From contig OY781089.1 of assembly GCA_963676565.1 (NCBI GenBank), positions 3,168,001 to 3,232,000 on the forward strand: DNA of 64,000 nucleotides, written 5' to 3'. Positions within the stretch are counted from its first letter, which is position 1; each line of letters opens with the position of its first letter. The translations under genes and the position numbers were made by a program. This document shows positions 28,106 to 37,604 of the stretch, piece after piece. This stretch comes from Halarcobacter sp. GTDB taxonomy: Bacteria > Campylobacterota > Campylobacteria > Campylobacterales > Arcobacteraceae. The notes under the pieces are model-generated. The model was not told the DNA's origin. It searched no databases and saw only the letters and a list, made by a program, of their open reading frames with translations.

Positions 28106-28423
28106 CTAATTGTCTTTTGATGACTTTTCTAATTCACTTAAGATAAAAGCTTTAACTTTCATCATATCTTCTGTTGGATATTTGTATTCAGCCTCACCTC
28201 TAGTTACTTTAACAAAAAAATCTTTTGAATTTTTGTTGTAACCAAATCTTACATTATCCAAAATAACTTCATTAGGCTCAGTACCTTGGGGACTACCTTG
28301 AACTTTTTTATATTGATCATCCTGAATCACTTTTTCCTTATCATCAACCTCTTTTACAGTCTTGATTTTCTCCACATGATTCGTTTTTGCTTGATCAATT
28401 TCAGCAATTCTTCCAATTTCCAT
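28106..28423 (-). CDS. flaG: FlaG-family protein
   Basis: NVRFGYN...FFVKV....KYPTEDMMK resembles the FlaG core. Confidence 0.7.
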   Translation of the reverse strand: MEIGRIAEIDQAKTNHVEKIKTVKEVDDKEKVIQDDQYKKVQGSPQGTEPNEVILDNVRFGYNKNSKDFFVKVTRGEAEYKYPTEDMMKVKAFILSELEKSSKDN

Positions 28424-28457
28424 AATACCCTCCTTTAAAAAGTATAGAGTTGTAGAT

Positions 28458-28466
28458 ATTATATCA
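28458..28466 (-). promoter_or_regulatory. Extended -10 sigma70 promoter for the flaG-fliY-motAB transcript
   Basis: TGATATAAT ~35 nt upstream of the ATG; strong AAGGAGG RBS. Confidence 0.65.
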
Positions 28467-28525
28467 AAAAAAGATTAAATTAATTTTTTAATTAATAAAA
28501 AATAATAAATATTATATGTATGAAG

Positions 28526-30523
28526 TTATAGAGATTCTAATAATTCATCGAATTTATCAATTTTAAAATCGATTAAATCATCTAAATAAGGTCGATTAAA
28601 GTATTGTGATACACTTCCAAGTTTTAATTCTTGAATCAATTGAACACCAGTTAAAAAATCTGCACTGCTATCTTTTAAAATAGCTTTAATTAAAGAGATT
28701 TGTAAAGATGCTTCATTTAATTTACCTGCTTCTAAATATGCAGCAACAATTAAATACATAGTATATTTATCTTCTAATTTATACTCTTTTTGCAAGTTTT
28801 CAAGGATTTTTAATGATTCTAAAGGCTTTCCTTCATGAAGAAGTGTTAAAGCCTTAGTTCTAAGATATGATGGATTTTCATTCTCATTAAGATTTAAATC
28901 TGCTTTATCAAAAAGACCTAAAGCTTTTAGCAAATCAATGTAATAACTAGTGATTACTATTGGTGCTTGTAAAAAATTACTATTTATTTTTAAAGGGGTA
29001 TTATCTTGTAATCTTGCAAAGTAATTATAATCATTTTCACCATCTCTTCTAATTGTTGATTTAACTAAATAAACAAGAGGATCTTTATAATGATCTTTAA
29101 ATAATGGATGATTGATATCAGCTTTATTTTCAGATAATTTTATTAAGTAATCTAAAGATTTATAAAAAATTGTATCCCTATAATTTAATGGTGCAAATTG
29201 ATTTTCAAATTTTTCATTTATAAAAATTTTATATACTTCCTGACCGAAATATCTATACATACCTTCATCACTTCTAATATTTTGCTCAATATAATCTAAA
29301 TCACTGATCTTTACATTTATTCTACTAGCACTGATTATTGTCATTACTGCATAAAGTTTATTTCCTGGATTTAGTTTGTATGCTTTTGTAAAAAAATTAT
29401 AAGCTTTATGAAAATCATCTATTTGTGCATAACATAAAGCAAGATTATAATATACATAGGAATTAGAATTATCAGTTATATAATCTTTTAATTTATTTAC
29501 CCTTGTAATTGGATCTTCTTTTAATATATCAATAAATCTAGAATTATATTTAACCATTCTCTCAAGACTTTCAACATTTTGCCTGTTTTTAAATATAAAC
29601 CCCTTTGAAATATCATATAAAATCTCTTCATTATCAGAAAAAATAAATGGTGCAAAGTAAAATAAAAAATCTATTTTTCTATTAGTATCAAGCTGAGTTA
29701 CAAATTTTAAGTATTCTTTTGTTGTATATTTATTTTTATTAAAATATATCTCTAAGGGATACTCCAAATTTGTTTTAAAATATTCTTTAACTTTTCTAAT
29801 CTCTTCAATATGTTCTTTTAATTTTTCAAGTTGATTTGATTTTAAATCTCTGTATACCATTAACCATAAAATAATATTTTTTCTTTCAGGGTTTAATGTT
29901 TCAGCCTTTGCTTTTTCAAGTCTTTGTTCTGCACTTGAGTAGTCATGAAGTTTCAAATACAGCATGGCAATTTTAAGCTGCATTGGGAACTCCATTGAGT
30001 TTAGTATTTTTAAAGCCCTTTCATAATCTTTTAAAATAATATATGTGTCTGCTACCATTCTTTTAGAATGTTCCGTTAAATTTTTAAATTTACTTGTAAC
30101 TTCAATAATAGTTTCAAGATATTTTCTTTCTTTTTTTATTTGATAAAGATAAAAACATGTTGAGATATAAGAATATGTATTTGTTCTTTCAGCATCTTTA
30201 AACTCGAAAATATTATTTAAATACAATAAGGCATTTTCTATTTGATTTAATTTATAATATGCTATTCCAATATTTAAAAAAGATGGTATTTTCAATAAAG
30301 AAGAGGTCTCTTTAAATATCTTTATTGCTTCTTTATATTCCCCTTTTTCTAAGTGTAATATCCCTTTATTAAATTCTAATTGTAGTCTAAACTTTTCTTG
30401 AGTTTTTTTTAGATTGTCAAATTTAAAAAGTATCTCAGGTTGAGATTCAGTTAATTCATCTTTTGAAAGTAAATCACTTGAAAATGTTAAAATTATTAAA
30501 AAAACAAATAAAACTTTTCTCAA
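28526..30523 (-). CDS. Periplasmic TPR protein, PflB-like motor scaffold
   Basis: N-terminal hydrophobic segment and TPR repeats (FLNIGIAYYKL; YYNLALCYAQ...AYKLNPGN). DFLFYFAP and the DFKID C-terminus match Campylobacter PflB as I recall it. Confidence 0.7.
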   Translation of the reverse strand: MRKVLFVFLIILTFSSDLLSKDELTESQPEILFKFDNLKKTQEKFRLQLEFNKGILHLEKGEYKEAIKIFKETSSLLKIPSFLNIGIAYYKLNQIENALLYLNNIFEFKDAERTNTYSYISTCFYLYQIKKERKYLETIIEVTSKFKNLTEHSKRMVADTYIILKDYERALKILNSMEFPMQLKIAMLYLKLHDYSSAEQRLEKAKAETLNPERKNIILWLMVYRDLKSNQLEKLKEHIEEIRKVKEYFKTNLEYPLEIYFNKNKYTTKEYLKFVTQLDTNRKIDFLFYFAPFIFSDNEEILYDISKGFIFKNRQNVESLERMVKYNSRFIDILKEDPITRVNKLKDYITDNSNSYVYYNLALCYAQIDDFHKAYNFFTKAYKLNPGNKLYAVMTIISASRINVKISDLDYIEQNIRSDEGMYRYFGQEVYKIFINEKFENQFAPLNYRDTIFYKSLDYLIKLSENKADINHPLFKDHYKDPLVYLVKSTIRRDGENDYNYFARLQDNTPLKINSNFLQAPIVITSYYIDLLKALGLFDKADLNLNENENPSYLRTKALTLLHEGKPLESLKILENLQKEYKLEDKYTMYLIVAAYLEAGKLNEASLQISLIKAILKDSSADFLTGVQLIQELKLGSVSQYFNRPYLDDLIDFKIDKFDELLESL

Positions 30524-30531
30524 AATATAAC

Positions 30532-30873
30532 CTACACCATTGTATTAACTTGAGCATAAAGTTCTTCTGTTCTTTTCTCTAAAAGCTCAACTTCATGTTT
30601 TAATTCTGTATTTTCAAGTTTTAATTTTTGTAAATCATCCCTTGCAACTTGTAAAGTATCTTGATTATTTTTAAGTGTACCGGCACTTACTTTAACTTGT
30701 TTTTCATATCGATCTATTATTGTTTGTAATTTTTTATTTTCTTCTTCTAAAATATTCTTTTCTTCATTTATTTTTCTATATAAAGATTTATAAACATTTG
30801 CACTTGAGAAAAAATATAAAAGTAAAACTCCAATAATAATAATTAGTAAAAAATTATCCAATTTAGTCCTCAT
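30532..30873 (-). CDS. Membrane-anchored coiled-coil hypothetical protein
   Basis: One N-terminal hydrophobic helix and ~85 aa of heptad-rich sequence; tightly packed upstream of the pflB-like gene. Confidence 0.7.
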   Translation of the reverse strand: MRTKLDNFLLIIIIGVLLLYFFSSANVYKSLYRKINEEKNILEEENKKLQTIIDRYEKQVKVSAGTLKNNQDTLQVARDDLQKLKLENTELKHEVELLEKRTEELYAQVNTMV

Positions 30874-30875
30874 AG

Positions 30876-30903
30876 TAATATAAGAGGAAAACCTCTTATA
30901 TTA
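30876..30903. terminator. Perfect 12-bp hairpin after the long flgE (terminator or mRNA stabiliser)
   Basis: taatataagagg-aaaa-cctcttatatta fills almost the whole intergenic gap. Confidence 0.6.
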
Positions 30904-30905
30904 AA

Positions 30906-33308
30906 TTATCTTTTTAAGTTAATTAAAGTATTTAATAACTCATCTGATGTTGTGATAGATTTAGCATTTGCTTCAAATGCTCTTTGAAATACCATTAAGT
31001 TTACTAAACTCTCACTTAAATCTGCTGTAGAAAGTTCTAAGGTTTGACCTTCAATCTTAGCAGTTTTGTCATTATTTAAATTATAAATTGGCTCACCAGA
31101 TTCATTTGTTTTTCTTAATAAGTTATCCCCTGATGGTTCTAGTCCTCTATTGTTATTAAATAAAGCAACAGAGATTTGACCAATAGCAAATTCAGCACCA
31201 TCTTGTTTCATATAGATTATACCTGCACTATCAACAGAAAATTCTCCAAAAGCAGAATCTGAGATTCCTAAGGCATCAAGTTTTAATTGTAAAGAGCTTT
31301 GTGTTGTTGTTTGATCAATTGTATTAACTAATTCAATAAACTCTGCTCCAGCACCTTGTCTCCCACTATAATCATTATTTTTATCTAATGGAGTATAATC
31401 TAAATAAGTAGTATTTGCACCTACTGTATCTGCATTATCGCCTTTAGTTTTCATTGAACCACTAAATTCAACATCATAATTTTCATTTTTAGTTTCAATA
31501 ACAAGATTACCATTAATATTTTTAGCAACTACATAATCTGATAGATTAAATGAACTTGCTGTTTGATTACTACCATCACTTGATAATTTATAATCGTATG
31601 CTGTAGTGCCATTTATTGCTGCAACTATATCATCAATTGATGTTGCATTATTAATAAAAATATCTAATGGAGTTTCAGGAGTTGTTGAACTTAATCCTGG
31701 AACTGGAATTATTTTTTCTAAATCTTTATCATAAATAGTAATTCCATAAGTAAAATCTATAGTAGAACTTCCATCTAATCCAAGATCTGATGGAGTATAA
31801 ACATCTTGTTGTTTACCTGTGATTGCTTTAGCTAATGCATCTCTAGCACTTTGTAAAGCTCCTATTCCTGAACCTTCAACTGCATTTGTACCTGTTTGGT
31901 AAGATCCTGCAACAGTATTATTCCCTGATGATTCACCTACTTCACTAATAGTAAAAGTTTCACCGGGAATTAAAGATTCGATTTGAATCATACCTTTTAT
32001 CATATCTGTATTTTTAGTAGATAAATTAAATGATTCACTTTCTTGAAGAACATCATTATTAGTACCAGTAAAATCACTTTCGTCAACTGTATAAGCTCTT
32101 AATCCAGATATTTCAGAAATTGTATCGGCTAAACCTCTATATGTAGCAATCCTACTTGCTGCAATATCTGCATTAATTGTTAATGAACTACTATATGAAG
32201 CTTCTGATATTGTAGTTGGAGAAATACCTAACTCAACTGTTGTTGCAGTTGTTGAAAGTGTACCACCATAAGTTGAATTTAGTGCAGTATTAGATGAAAT
32301 TGCATCAGCTAAACCTTGAACTATTTCTGCAACAGTTGCATTTTCATCAGAAATATAAGATACTGTTTCACCATCAATAGTTAACTCATATTTTGCATTA
32401 TTTTCAGCTGTATCTATGCTAATTTGGTCATTTGTACCTGCATTATTCGCTAATGACATTGAACCACTATCTGTAGATGTATCTAAAAAACTTTCTTTAA
32501 ACTCATCTGTTGCAACTGTTGCTACATAATTTTGTGAATACTTATTTCCATTTATATAAACATAAACCTGATCACCATCTTTTGATATTAAAGCATCATT
32601 TCCAGATTTAAAGTTTATTTGTGAGACTTGAGCAGTTGAACTTGCACTTCCACCATCTGGCTCATCTTGTAATTTTGACAACCAAGAAGCATAGTTTGAA
32701 ACAAGTGCTTCAACATCTGCAATTTTTGCAGATTTACTTTTTGCACCAGCCCCTTCAAAAATTACACTTGAATCTGCTTTTGCTGTAGCTGTATAATCTG
32801 TAGCTTTTGCTGTAATAGTTTCCACATAAGTTGAGTGACTTACAACTTTTGATGTTAATAATTTAGTATAATCATTTGTAAACATATCAACATTAGGATT
32901 TGTACTTACTACATCTTGGCCAGGATCAAGTGCTCGCATAGCCCATCCTTGAACCTCATTTCCAGCTGCATCTTGTAAGGTACCATTATCACCCATTCTA
33001 AGATTTCCTGCTCTAGTATACATGTTTTCACCAGAAACACTATTTTTAACAGTAAAAAATCCATCTCCACTAAGAGCCATATCATAATCAACTCCAGTTA
33101 GTTTCAGATTTCCTTGTACATATAATTTTTCTGCATCAAGTATTTTAGACCCTTTACCAATTCTATCTTGGTACATTTGGTCTGCAAAAGATATCCTAGA
33201 TGCCTTATAACCTACTGTATTTACGTTTGCTATATTGTGTGACTCATTATCTAACGCCGTTTGATGAGACGAAAGTCCTGAGATTCCTGTCCATAATGCT
33301 CCGATCAT
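30906..33308 (-). CDS. flgE: Flagellar hook protein FlgE (long paralogue)
   Basis: N-terminal NIANVNTVGYK, DMALSGDGFF, YTRAGN; C-terminal LELSTADLSESLVNLMVFQRAFEANAKSITTSD. Confidence 0.9.
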   Translation of the reverse strand: MIGALWTGISGLSSHQTALDNESHNIANVNTVGYKASRISFADQMYQDRIGKGSKILDAEKLYVQGNLKLTGVDYDMALSGDGFFTVKNSVSGENMYTRAGNLRMGDNGTLQDAAGNEVQGWAMRALDPGQDVVSTNPNVDMFTNDYTKLLTSKVVSHSTYVETITAKATDYTATAKADSSVIFEGAGAKSKSAKIADVEALVSNYASWLSKLQDEPDGGSASSTAQVSQINFKSGNDALISKDGDQVYVYINGNKYSQNYVATVATDEFKESFLDTSTDSGSMSLANNAGTNDQISIDTAENNAKYELTIDGETVSYISDENATVAEIVQGLADAISSNTALNSTYGGTLSTTATTVELGISPTTISEASYSSSLTINADIAASRIATYRGLADTISEISGLRAYTVDESDFTGTNNDVLQESESFNLSTKNTDMIKGMIQIESLIPGETFTISEVGESSGNNTVAGSYQTGTNAVEGSGIGALQSARDALAKAITGKQQDVYTPSDLGLDGSSTIDFTYGITIYDKDLEKIIPVPGLSSTTPETPLDIFINNATSIDDIVAAINGTTAYDYKLSSDGSNQTASSFNLSDYVVAKNINGNLVIETKNENYDVEFSGSMKTKGDNADTVGANTTYLDYTPLDKNNDYSGRQGAGAEFIELVNTIDQTTTQSSLQLKLDALGISDSAFGEFSVDSAGIIYMKQDGAEFAIGQISVALFNNNRGLEPSGDNLLRKTNESGEPIYNLNNDKTAKIEGQTLELSTADLSESLVNLMVFQRAFEANAKSITTSDELLNTLINLKR

Positions 33309-33346
33309 GATTTATCCTTTTAGATAAATTTTCAAACACTTTCACA

Positions 33347-33398
33347 TGTTCAAATATTAATGCTCTCTAATAAATGTTTAAGCACTAATATTTAAACA
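33347..33398 (-). other. 18-bp RNA stem-loop between the two flgE genes
   Basis: On the minus strand UGUUUAAAUAUUAGUGCU pairs fully with AGCAUUAAUAUUUGAACA; both DNA-level mismatches are G-U pairs in the mRNA. Confidence 0.7.
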
Positions 33399-33411
33399 AT
33401 TAAGATGAAAA

Positions 33412-34857
33412 CTATTTTTTCATCTCAATTGCAGTTCTTAAAAACTCATCTGATGTAGTTACTGATTTTGAACTAGCTTCAAATGCTCTTTGATATACCA
33501 TCAAATCAACTAAACTTTCACTAAAATTTGTATTACTTAATTCTATTGACCCACCAGTTAATGTATTTAAATTATCAGCATTATAAGGATTTCCTGTATC
33601 TTTACCAATTGTATATAATGTTTCACCTTTTGGTTCTAAAGATTCAGGGTTTTGAAATGTAACAGTTTCTAATTTTCCAATCAAAAATTTGTTATCTTGA
33701 TCTTTTGCATAGATAAGACCATCTTCAATAGATAATAGTCCAAATACATTTTCAGATATATTCAAATCATCAAGTTTTAATTGAAGTTCCCCTATTCCTG
33801 CAAGTGTAGGACCAGCATCATTAATTGTATTAGTTACCTCTAAAAACTCTCCTCCAGCAGTAACAATTGCATCTCTTAAAGCATCCCTTACACTATTAAC
33901 AGCTGCATATCCTGTCCCAGAAACTGGTGAAACAATTTCATTTATACCATAACCATTTGAATTAATTGCAGCACCTGTTATTCTGTTATCTCGACCAGGG
34001 ATCAAAGAACTTATTGTTAGAAGCCCAGTGTTATCAACAGTTGCACTCATACCAGCTACATTTGAAATCTTATCAGCAAATAGATTCATAGTTGTTTGAG
34101 CATCTGTTTCAAAAGGTTGTTTTATTGAATCGTTATTAATATAAATTTCAATATATCCACTTGTTAATTCTGTAGAAAAATCTGAAAAGCTAACTTGTGT
34201 AACTTGAGAAGTTGAAGCAGTACCATCTACAGGATTTGCGGAATATAAATCTAATTGAACATTATATTCTGCAGATAATTCTCTTATGTCATTTAATAAA
34301 GCACTTGAACTTTTAAAACCTTGTCCACTGATTCCTGTATCAACTGCGGTTAATGTATAATCTGTAGCTTTTGCATTAATAGTTCTTGAAAAGCCAACTC
34401 CATTGATTGGTTCTGTTGCAATAAATTCTGTGTAGTTATTATTGTAAGTTTGAGTACCATCAGTACTTACTATACTAGAAAAAGTTGTAGGACTTCCATA
34501 AATTTTATCACCATAAGCAGTTTGCAAAGTTCCATCAGTTCCCATTTTGAAGTTACCTGCTCTAGTGTATAAGGTTTCCCCTGTTTTTACATCATTTACA
34601 ATAAAAAAACCTTGTCCATCAATTGCTACATCAAGTGTGTTATTGGTTACTTTTAAATTTCCTTGTTCAAAGTTTTTCTCTACATTTTGAATTTTAACAC
34701 CATTACCATATCTTGATTGATACATCAAATCTTCAAAAGATACATCATCTTTTTTATGGGCAATTGTATTTGAGTTTGTAACATTATTAGACTGAGTATT
34801 TAATGCTCTTTCAAAAGTATTTAACCCCGTAACACCATTCCATAATCCACTAATCAT
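33412..34857 (-). CDS. Flagellar hook/basal-body protein, FlgE short paralogue
   Basis: Motifs DVAIDGQGFF, YTRAGNF, ELSNTNFSESLVDLMVYQRAFEA; directly after flgD; colinear motifs with the long flgE. Confidence 0.85.
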   Translation of the reverse strand: MISGLWNGVTGLNTFERALNTQSNNVTNSNTIAHKKDDVSFEDLMYQSRYGNGVKIQNVEKNFEQGNLKVTNNTLDVAIDGQGFFIVNDVKTGETLYTRAGNFKMGTDGTLQTAYGDKIYGSPTTFSSIVSTDGTQTYNNNYTEFIATEPINGVGFSRTINAKATDYTLTAVDTGISGQGFKSSSALLNDIRELSAEYNVQLDLYSANPVDGTASTSQVTQVSFSDFSTELTSGYIEIYINNDSIKQPFETDAQTTMNLFADKISNVAGMSATVDNTGLLTISSLIPGRDNRITGAAINSNGYGINEIVSPVSGTGYAAVNSVRDALRDAIVTAGGEFLEVTNTINDAGPTLAGIGELQLKLDDLNISENVFGLLSIEDGLIYAKDQDNKFLIGKLETVTFQNPESLEPKGETLYTIGKDTGNPYNADNLNTLTGGSIELSNTNFSESLVDLMVYQRAFEASSKSVTTSDEFLRTAIEMKK

Positions 34858-34866
34858 ATTAAGCCT

Positions 34867-35538
34867 TTAAAATATTCTAGTGATTGCACTAAAAGGAATC
34901 GAAGTTAACTGATCTGAATAGATAGGCATAACACTTCCATCCACTGTATATCCTGAATCTTCAATTATTTCATTATTTTCATCTAATATTACAGGATTAC
35001 CTTTTTCATCAATTATTACTTTTCCAGGATCTTCTAGAGCAACTTTTTTTCCGGTAGCTTTACCATCTTCATCTAATATTTCACCTTTTATATTATAAAA
35101 AACGTAATCACCATCTTTATCTCTTACTTGATCTTCAATATATAATATTTGTTGGGCATTAACTGTAACTTCACCATCTTGACTTTCAACAGATCTAACC
35201 GTATAAGCTTTGTTAACTCCATTTTCACCAATATTACCATCTTCAATATTCTGACCAATTACATTTGAAGCATTGGCAAGAGCAGATTGAGAAAAAGTAC
35301 TCACTAAGGCTTCCATAGTCTCTATTGTCTTTAGATTTGTATTGATTGTAGACATCTGCATTTGTGTATCCATCATTCTTTGTGAATCCATTGGAGCAGT
35401 TGGGTCTTGAAGTTTTAATTCAGTTAACATCAACTGTAAAAAATCTTCAGTTGTTAACTGATCATTACTAACAGAAGTTGTATAGGTACTTCCATCTACA
35501 CCTGTTGCTGACTTAACTGTAACATTATCTACTGACAT
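34867..35538 (-). CDS. flgD: Hook capping protein FlgD
   Basis: Motif DFLQLMLTELKLQDPTAPMDS. Confidence 0.95.
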   Translation of the reverse strand: MSVDNVTVKSATGVDGSTYTTSVSNDQLTTEDFLQLMLTELKLQDPTAPMDSQRMMDTQMQMSTINTNLKTIETMEALVSTFSQSALANASNVIGQNIEDGNIGENGVNKAYTVRSVESQDGEVTVNAQQILYIEDQVRDKDGDYVFYNIKGEILDEDGKATGKKVALEDPGKVIIDEKGNPVILDENNEIIEDSGYTVDGSVMPIYSDQLTSIPFSAITRIF

Positions 35539-35546
35539 ATTAACTC

Positions 35547-35840
35547 CTAACTCATGTTTTCTTCAAAGAAATATCTTACTACATTATCTGAGTCCATGGC
35601 CTCTTGAACTCTTACAGCAAGTTTTTCATCAATTACTATGATATCACCTGTTCCTATAATTCTTTTGTTGACATAGATATCTCCACCAGAACCAGCTGGT
35701 TTGTCAAGGGATAATATATCGCCAGAGCTTAACTCCAAGAACTCCTTGATTGTTATATTTGCACTTCCAAGCATCACATCAACAATAATCTCAGTATCAA
35801 CTAATAAATCATAATCTCTTTCAGTAATTTCCATAGGCAC
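35547..35840 (-). CDS. fliN: C-ring protein FliN
   Basis: Single SpoA domain (VMLGSA...GDILSLDKPAG...IGTGDIIVID). Confidence 0.88.
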   Translation of the reverse strand: MPMEITERDYDLLVDTEIIVDVMLGSANITIKEFLELSSGDILSLDKPAGSGGDIYVNKRIIGTGDIIVIDEKLAVRVQEAMDSDNVVRYFFEENMS

Positions 35841-35860
35841 ACTTTTTTATATATTGCTAG

Positions 35861-35869
35861 ATTATACCA
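35861..35869 (-). promoter_or_regulatory. Extended -10 sigma70 promoter upstream of fliN-flgD-flgE
   Basis: TGGTATAAT in the AT-rich gap between fliH and fliN. Confidence 0.6.
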
Positions 35870-35923
35870 TAAAATTAGATTAATTTTGGTTATTTAAATA
35901 TTTTAATTATAAATTAGGAGATT

Positions 35924-36589
35924 TTAAACTATTACGTCCAAAGATTCAAGCATTGTACTAACCTTTGACTCAATATTCCCATCAAAGTTTCCAAGATCAC
36001 TTGCAATAACTACACCACCAGCAGTAACATTAGCATCCTCTACTAACTCAATATGATTTTCTAAATTTAATTGATTTTTTAATATTTCATAATCTTTTGG
36101 ATTTAAATGAATTCTAATCTTAGAAGCATTTTTTATCTTCTCAAATAGATGTGTTATAGTTTGTTTAGCAATATTAGCTGAGTTTTCACCAATTTCAATT
36201 GCGATAATTTTTTGTGCAATTGCAATTGAAGTTTTTAGAAGTTTTGTTTCCATCTGGAAAGTTGCTTGCTCAAAAAAGTTTGCATATTGTTTTAAGTCTT
36301 TTATAGCTTGAACAACTTGAGCATCAATATCTTTTTGTGTTAAACCATTTTGTTGAAGAAGTGTTACTTTTTGATTTAATTCTTGTATTTGAACGCTTAG
36401 ATTTTGTACCTCTTTTAATGTAGCTTCAGAAGATATTAAAGTTTGAGTATTTACAATCCCTGTATTAGGTGTTATATTGGTTTGTTTATCATCATTTCCA
36501 TCTTGAACAAAAGTACCTAATTGATAACTTTGTATATCATCATTGGAATTTACAATTTTTGCACTTGAATATACGTTATTTTTATCCAT
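35924..36589 (-). CDS. fliH: Flagellar export regulator FliH
   Basis: Motifs IHLNPKD and GGVVIASDLGNFDG; follows fliF-fliG. Confidence 0.92.
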   Translation of the reverse strand: MDKNNVYSSAKIVNSNDDIQSYQLGTFVQDGNDDKQTNITPNTGIVNTQTLISSEATLKEVQNLSVQIQELNQKVTLLQQNGLTQKDIDAQVVQAIKDLKQYANFFEQATFQMETKLLKTSIAIAQKIIAIEIGENSANIAKQTITHLFEKIKNASKIRIHLNPKDYEILKNQLNLENHIELVEDANVTAGGVVIASDLGNFDGNIESKVSTMLESLDVIV

Positions 36590-36591
36590 TT

Positions 36592-37596
36592 TTATTCATC
36601 CATATCTCTATCAATTACACCCTCTTCTATCATTTTTTGGGCTACATCTAACATCTTTCTTTGAGCTGATTCAATATCTTTAATTTTGACTTTTGTTAAC
36701 ATCTCAAACTCTTCTTTAAATCTTTCACTTGCTCTTTGAGACATTGCACCTGTAATTTTTGTCATATCTTCATCAGTTGCATTTTTCATAGCAACTGCTA
36801 CATCAGCGGTATCAACATTTTGTAAAATTTTCATTATATATTCAGATTCTAAGTTTAATAAATCTTCAAATACAAACATATTTTCTTTAATTTTTGTTGC
36901 TAATGTTGTATCAACACCATTAATGTTTTTAAGGATATCTTGAGCTTTTGGTCCCATTCTATTTAACATATCTGCAACAACCTTAACCCCACCAACATCG
37001 ACAATAGATGACAACAATGATTCTAATTTTTTCTCTAAAACTAAAGAAATTGTTCTGACAACATCAGGAGAAACATCTTTAATTGTTGCCATTTGCATAG
37101 TTACTTTAACTTTTATATCCTCTTCAAGCTGTTGTAAAACTTCAGCGGCTTTAGGAGGTTCTAAGTGTGATAAAATAACTGCAATTGTTTGGGGAGATTC
37201 ATCTTTAATAAAGTCAGATAATTGCTTTGGATTAATCCCATCTAAATAAGCAAATGATTGAGCTGCAAGCTTCATTCTAGATAATTTTGCTAAAACTTCA
37301 TCTGCCTCATTTTTTCCTAATGATTTATATAAAATATCTTTAGCATAATCATATCCACCTGAACTAATAAATGCTTTTGATCTAGTAAATAAATGAAACT
37401 CTTCTAAGATAGCCAAAGAAGTTTCTTTATCAATAGAATTAATCATTGTAATATGTGTTGAGATATCTTCTACCATTTGTTTTGGTAGATGTTGAAAAAT
37501 TTTTACAGTTGACTCTTCCCCAATAAGAACACAAAAATGTGCTACTTTATCAAGCATCGCCATACCTTTTAATATCTCTTTTACACTTTCATCCAT
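36592..37596 (-). CDS. fliG: Motor switch protein FliG
   Basis: Motifs ESPQTIAVILS, GGVKVVADMLN, MFVFEDL, MSQRA. Confidence 0.97.
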   Translation of the reverse strand: MDESVKEILKGMAMLDKVAHFCVLIGEESTVKIFQHLPKQMVEDISTHITMINSIDKETSLAILEEFHLFTRSKAFISSGGYDYAKDILYKSLGKNEADEVLAKLSRMKLAAQSFAYLDGINPKQLSDFIKDESPQTIAVILSHLEPPKAAEVLQQLEEDIKVKVTMQMATIKDVSPDVVRTISLVLEKKLESLLSSIVDVGGVKVVADMLNRMGPKAQDILKNINGVDTTLATKIKENMFVFEDLLNLESEYIMKILQNVDTADVAVAMKNATDEDMTKITGAMSQRASERFKEEFEMLTKVKIKDIESAQRKMLDVAQKMIEEGVIDRDMDE

Positions 37597-37604
37597 TTTA
37601 AACC

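Noticed and set aside
33309..33411. Possible CRISPR repeat, MITE or tRNA in the intergenic palindromes (also 45570-45631 and 47107-47135)
   Set aside because: Each is single-copy and differs from the others; no spacers, target-site duplications, cas/transposase genes or cloverleaf.
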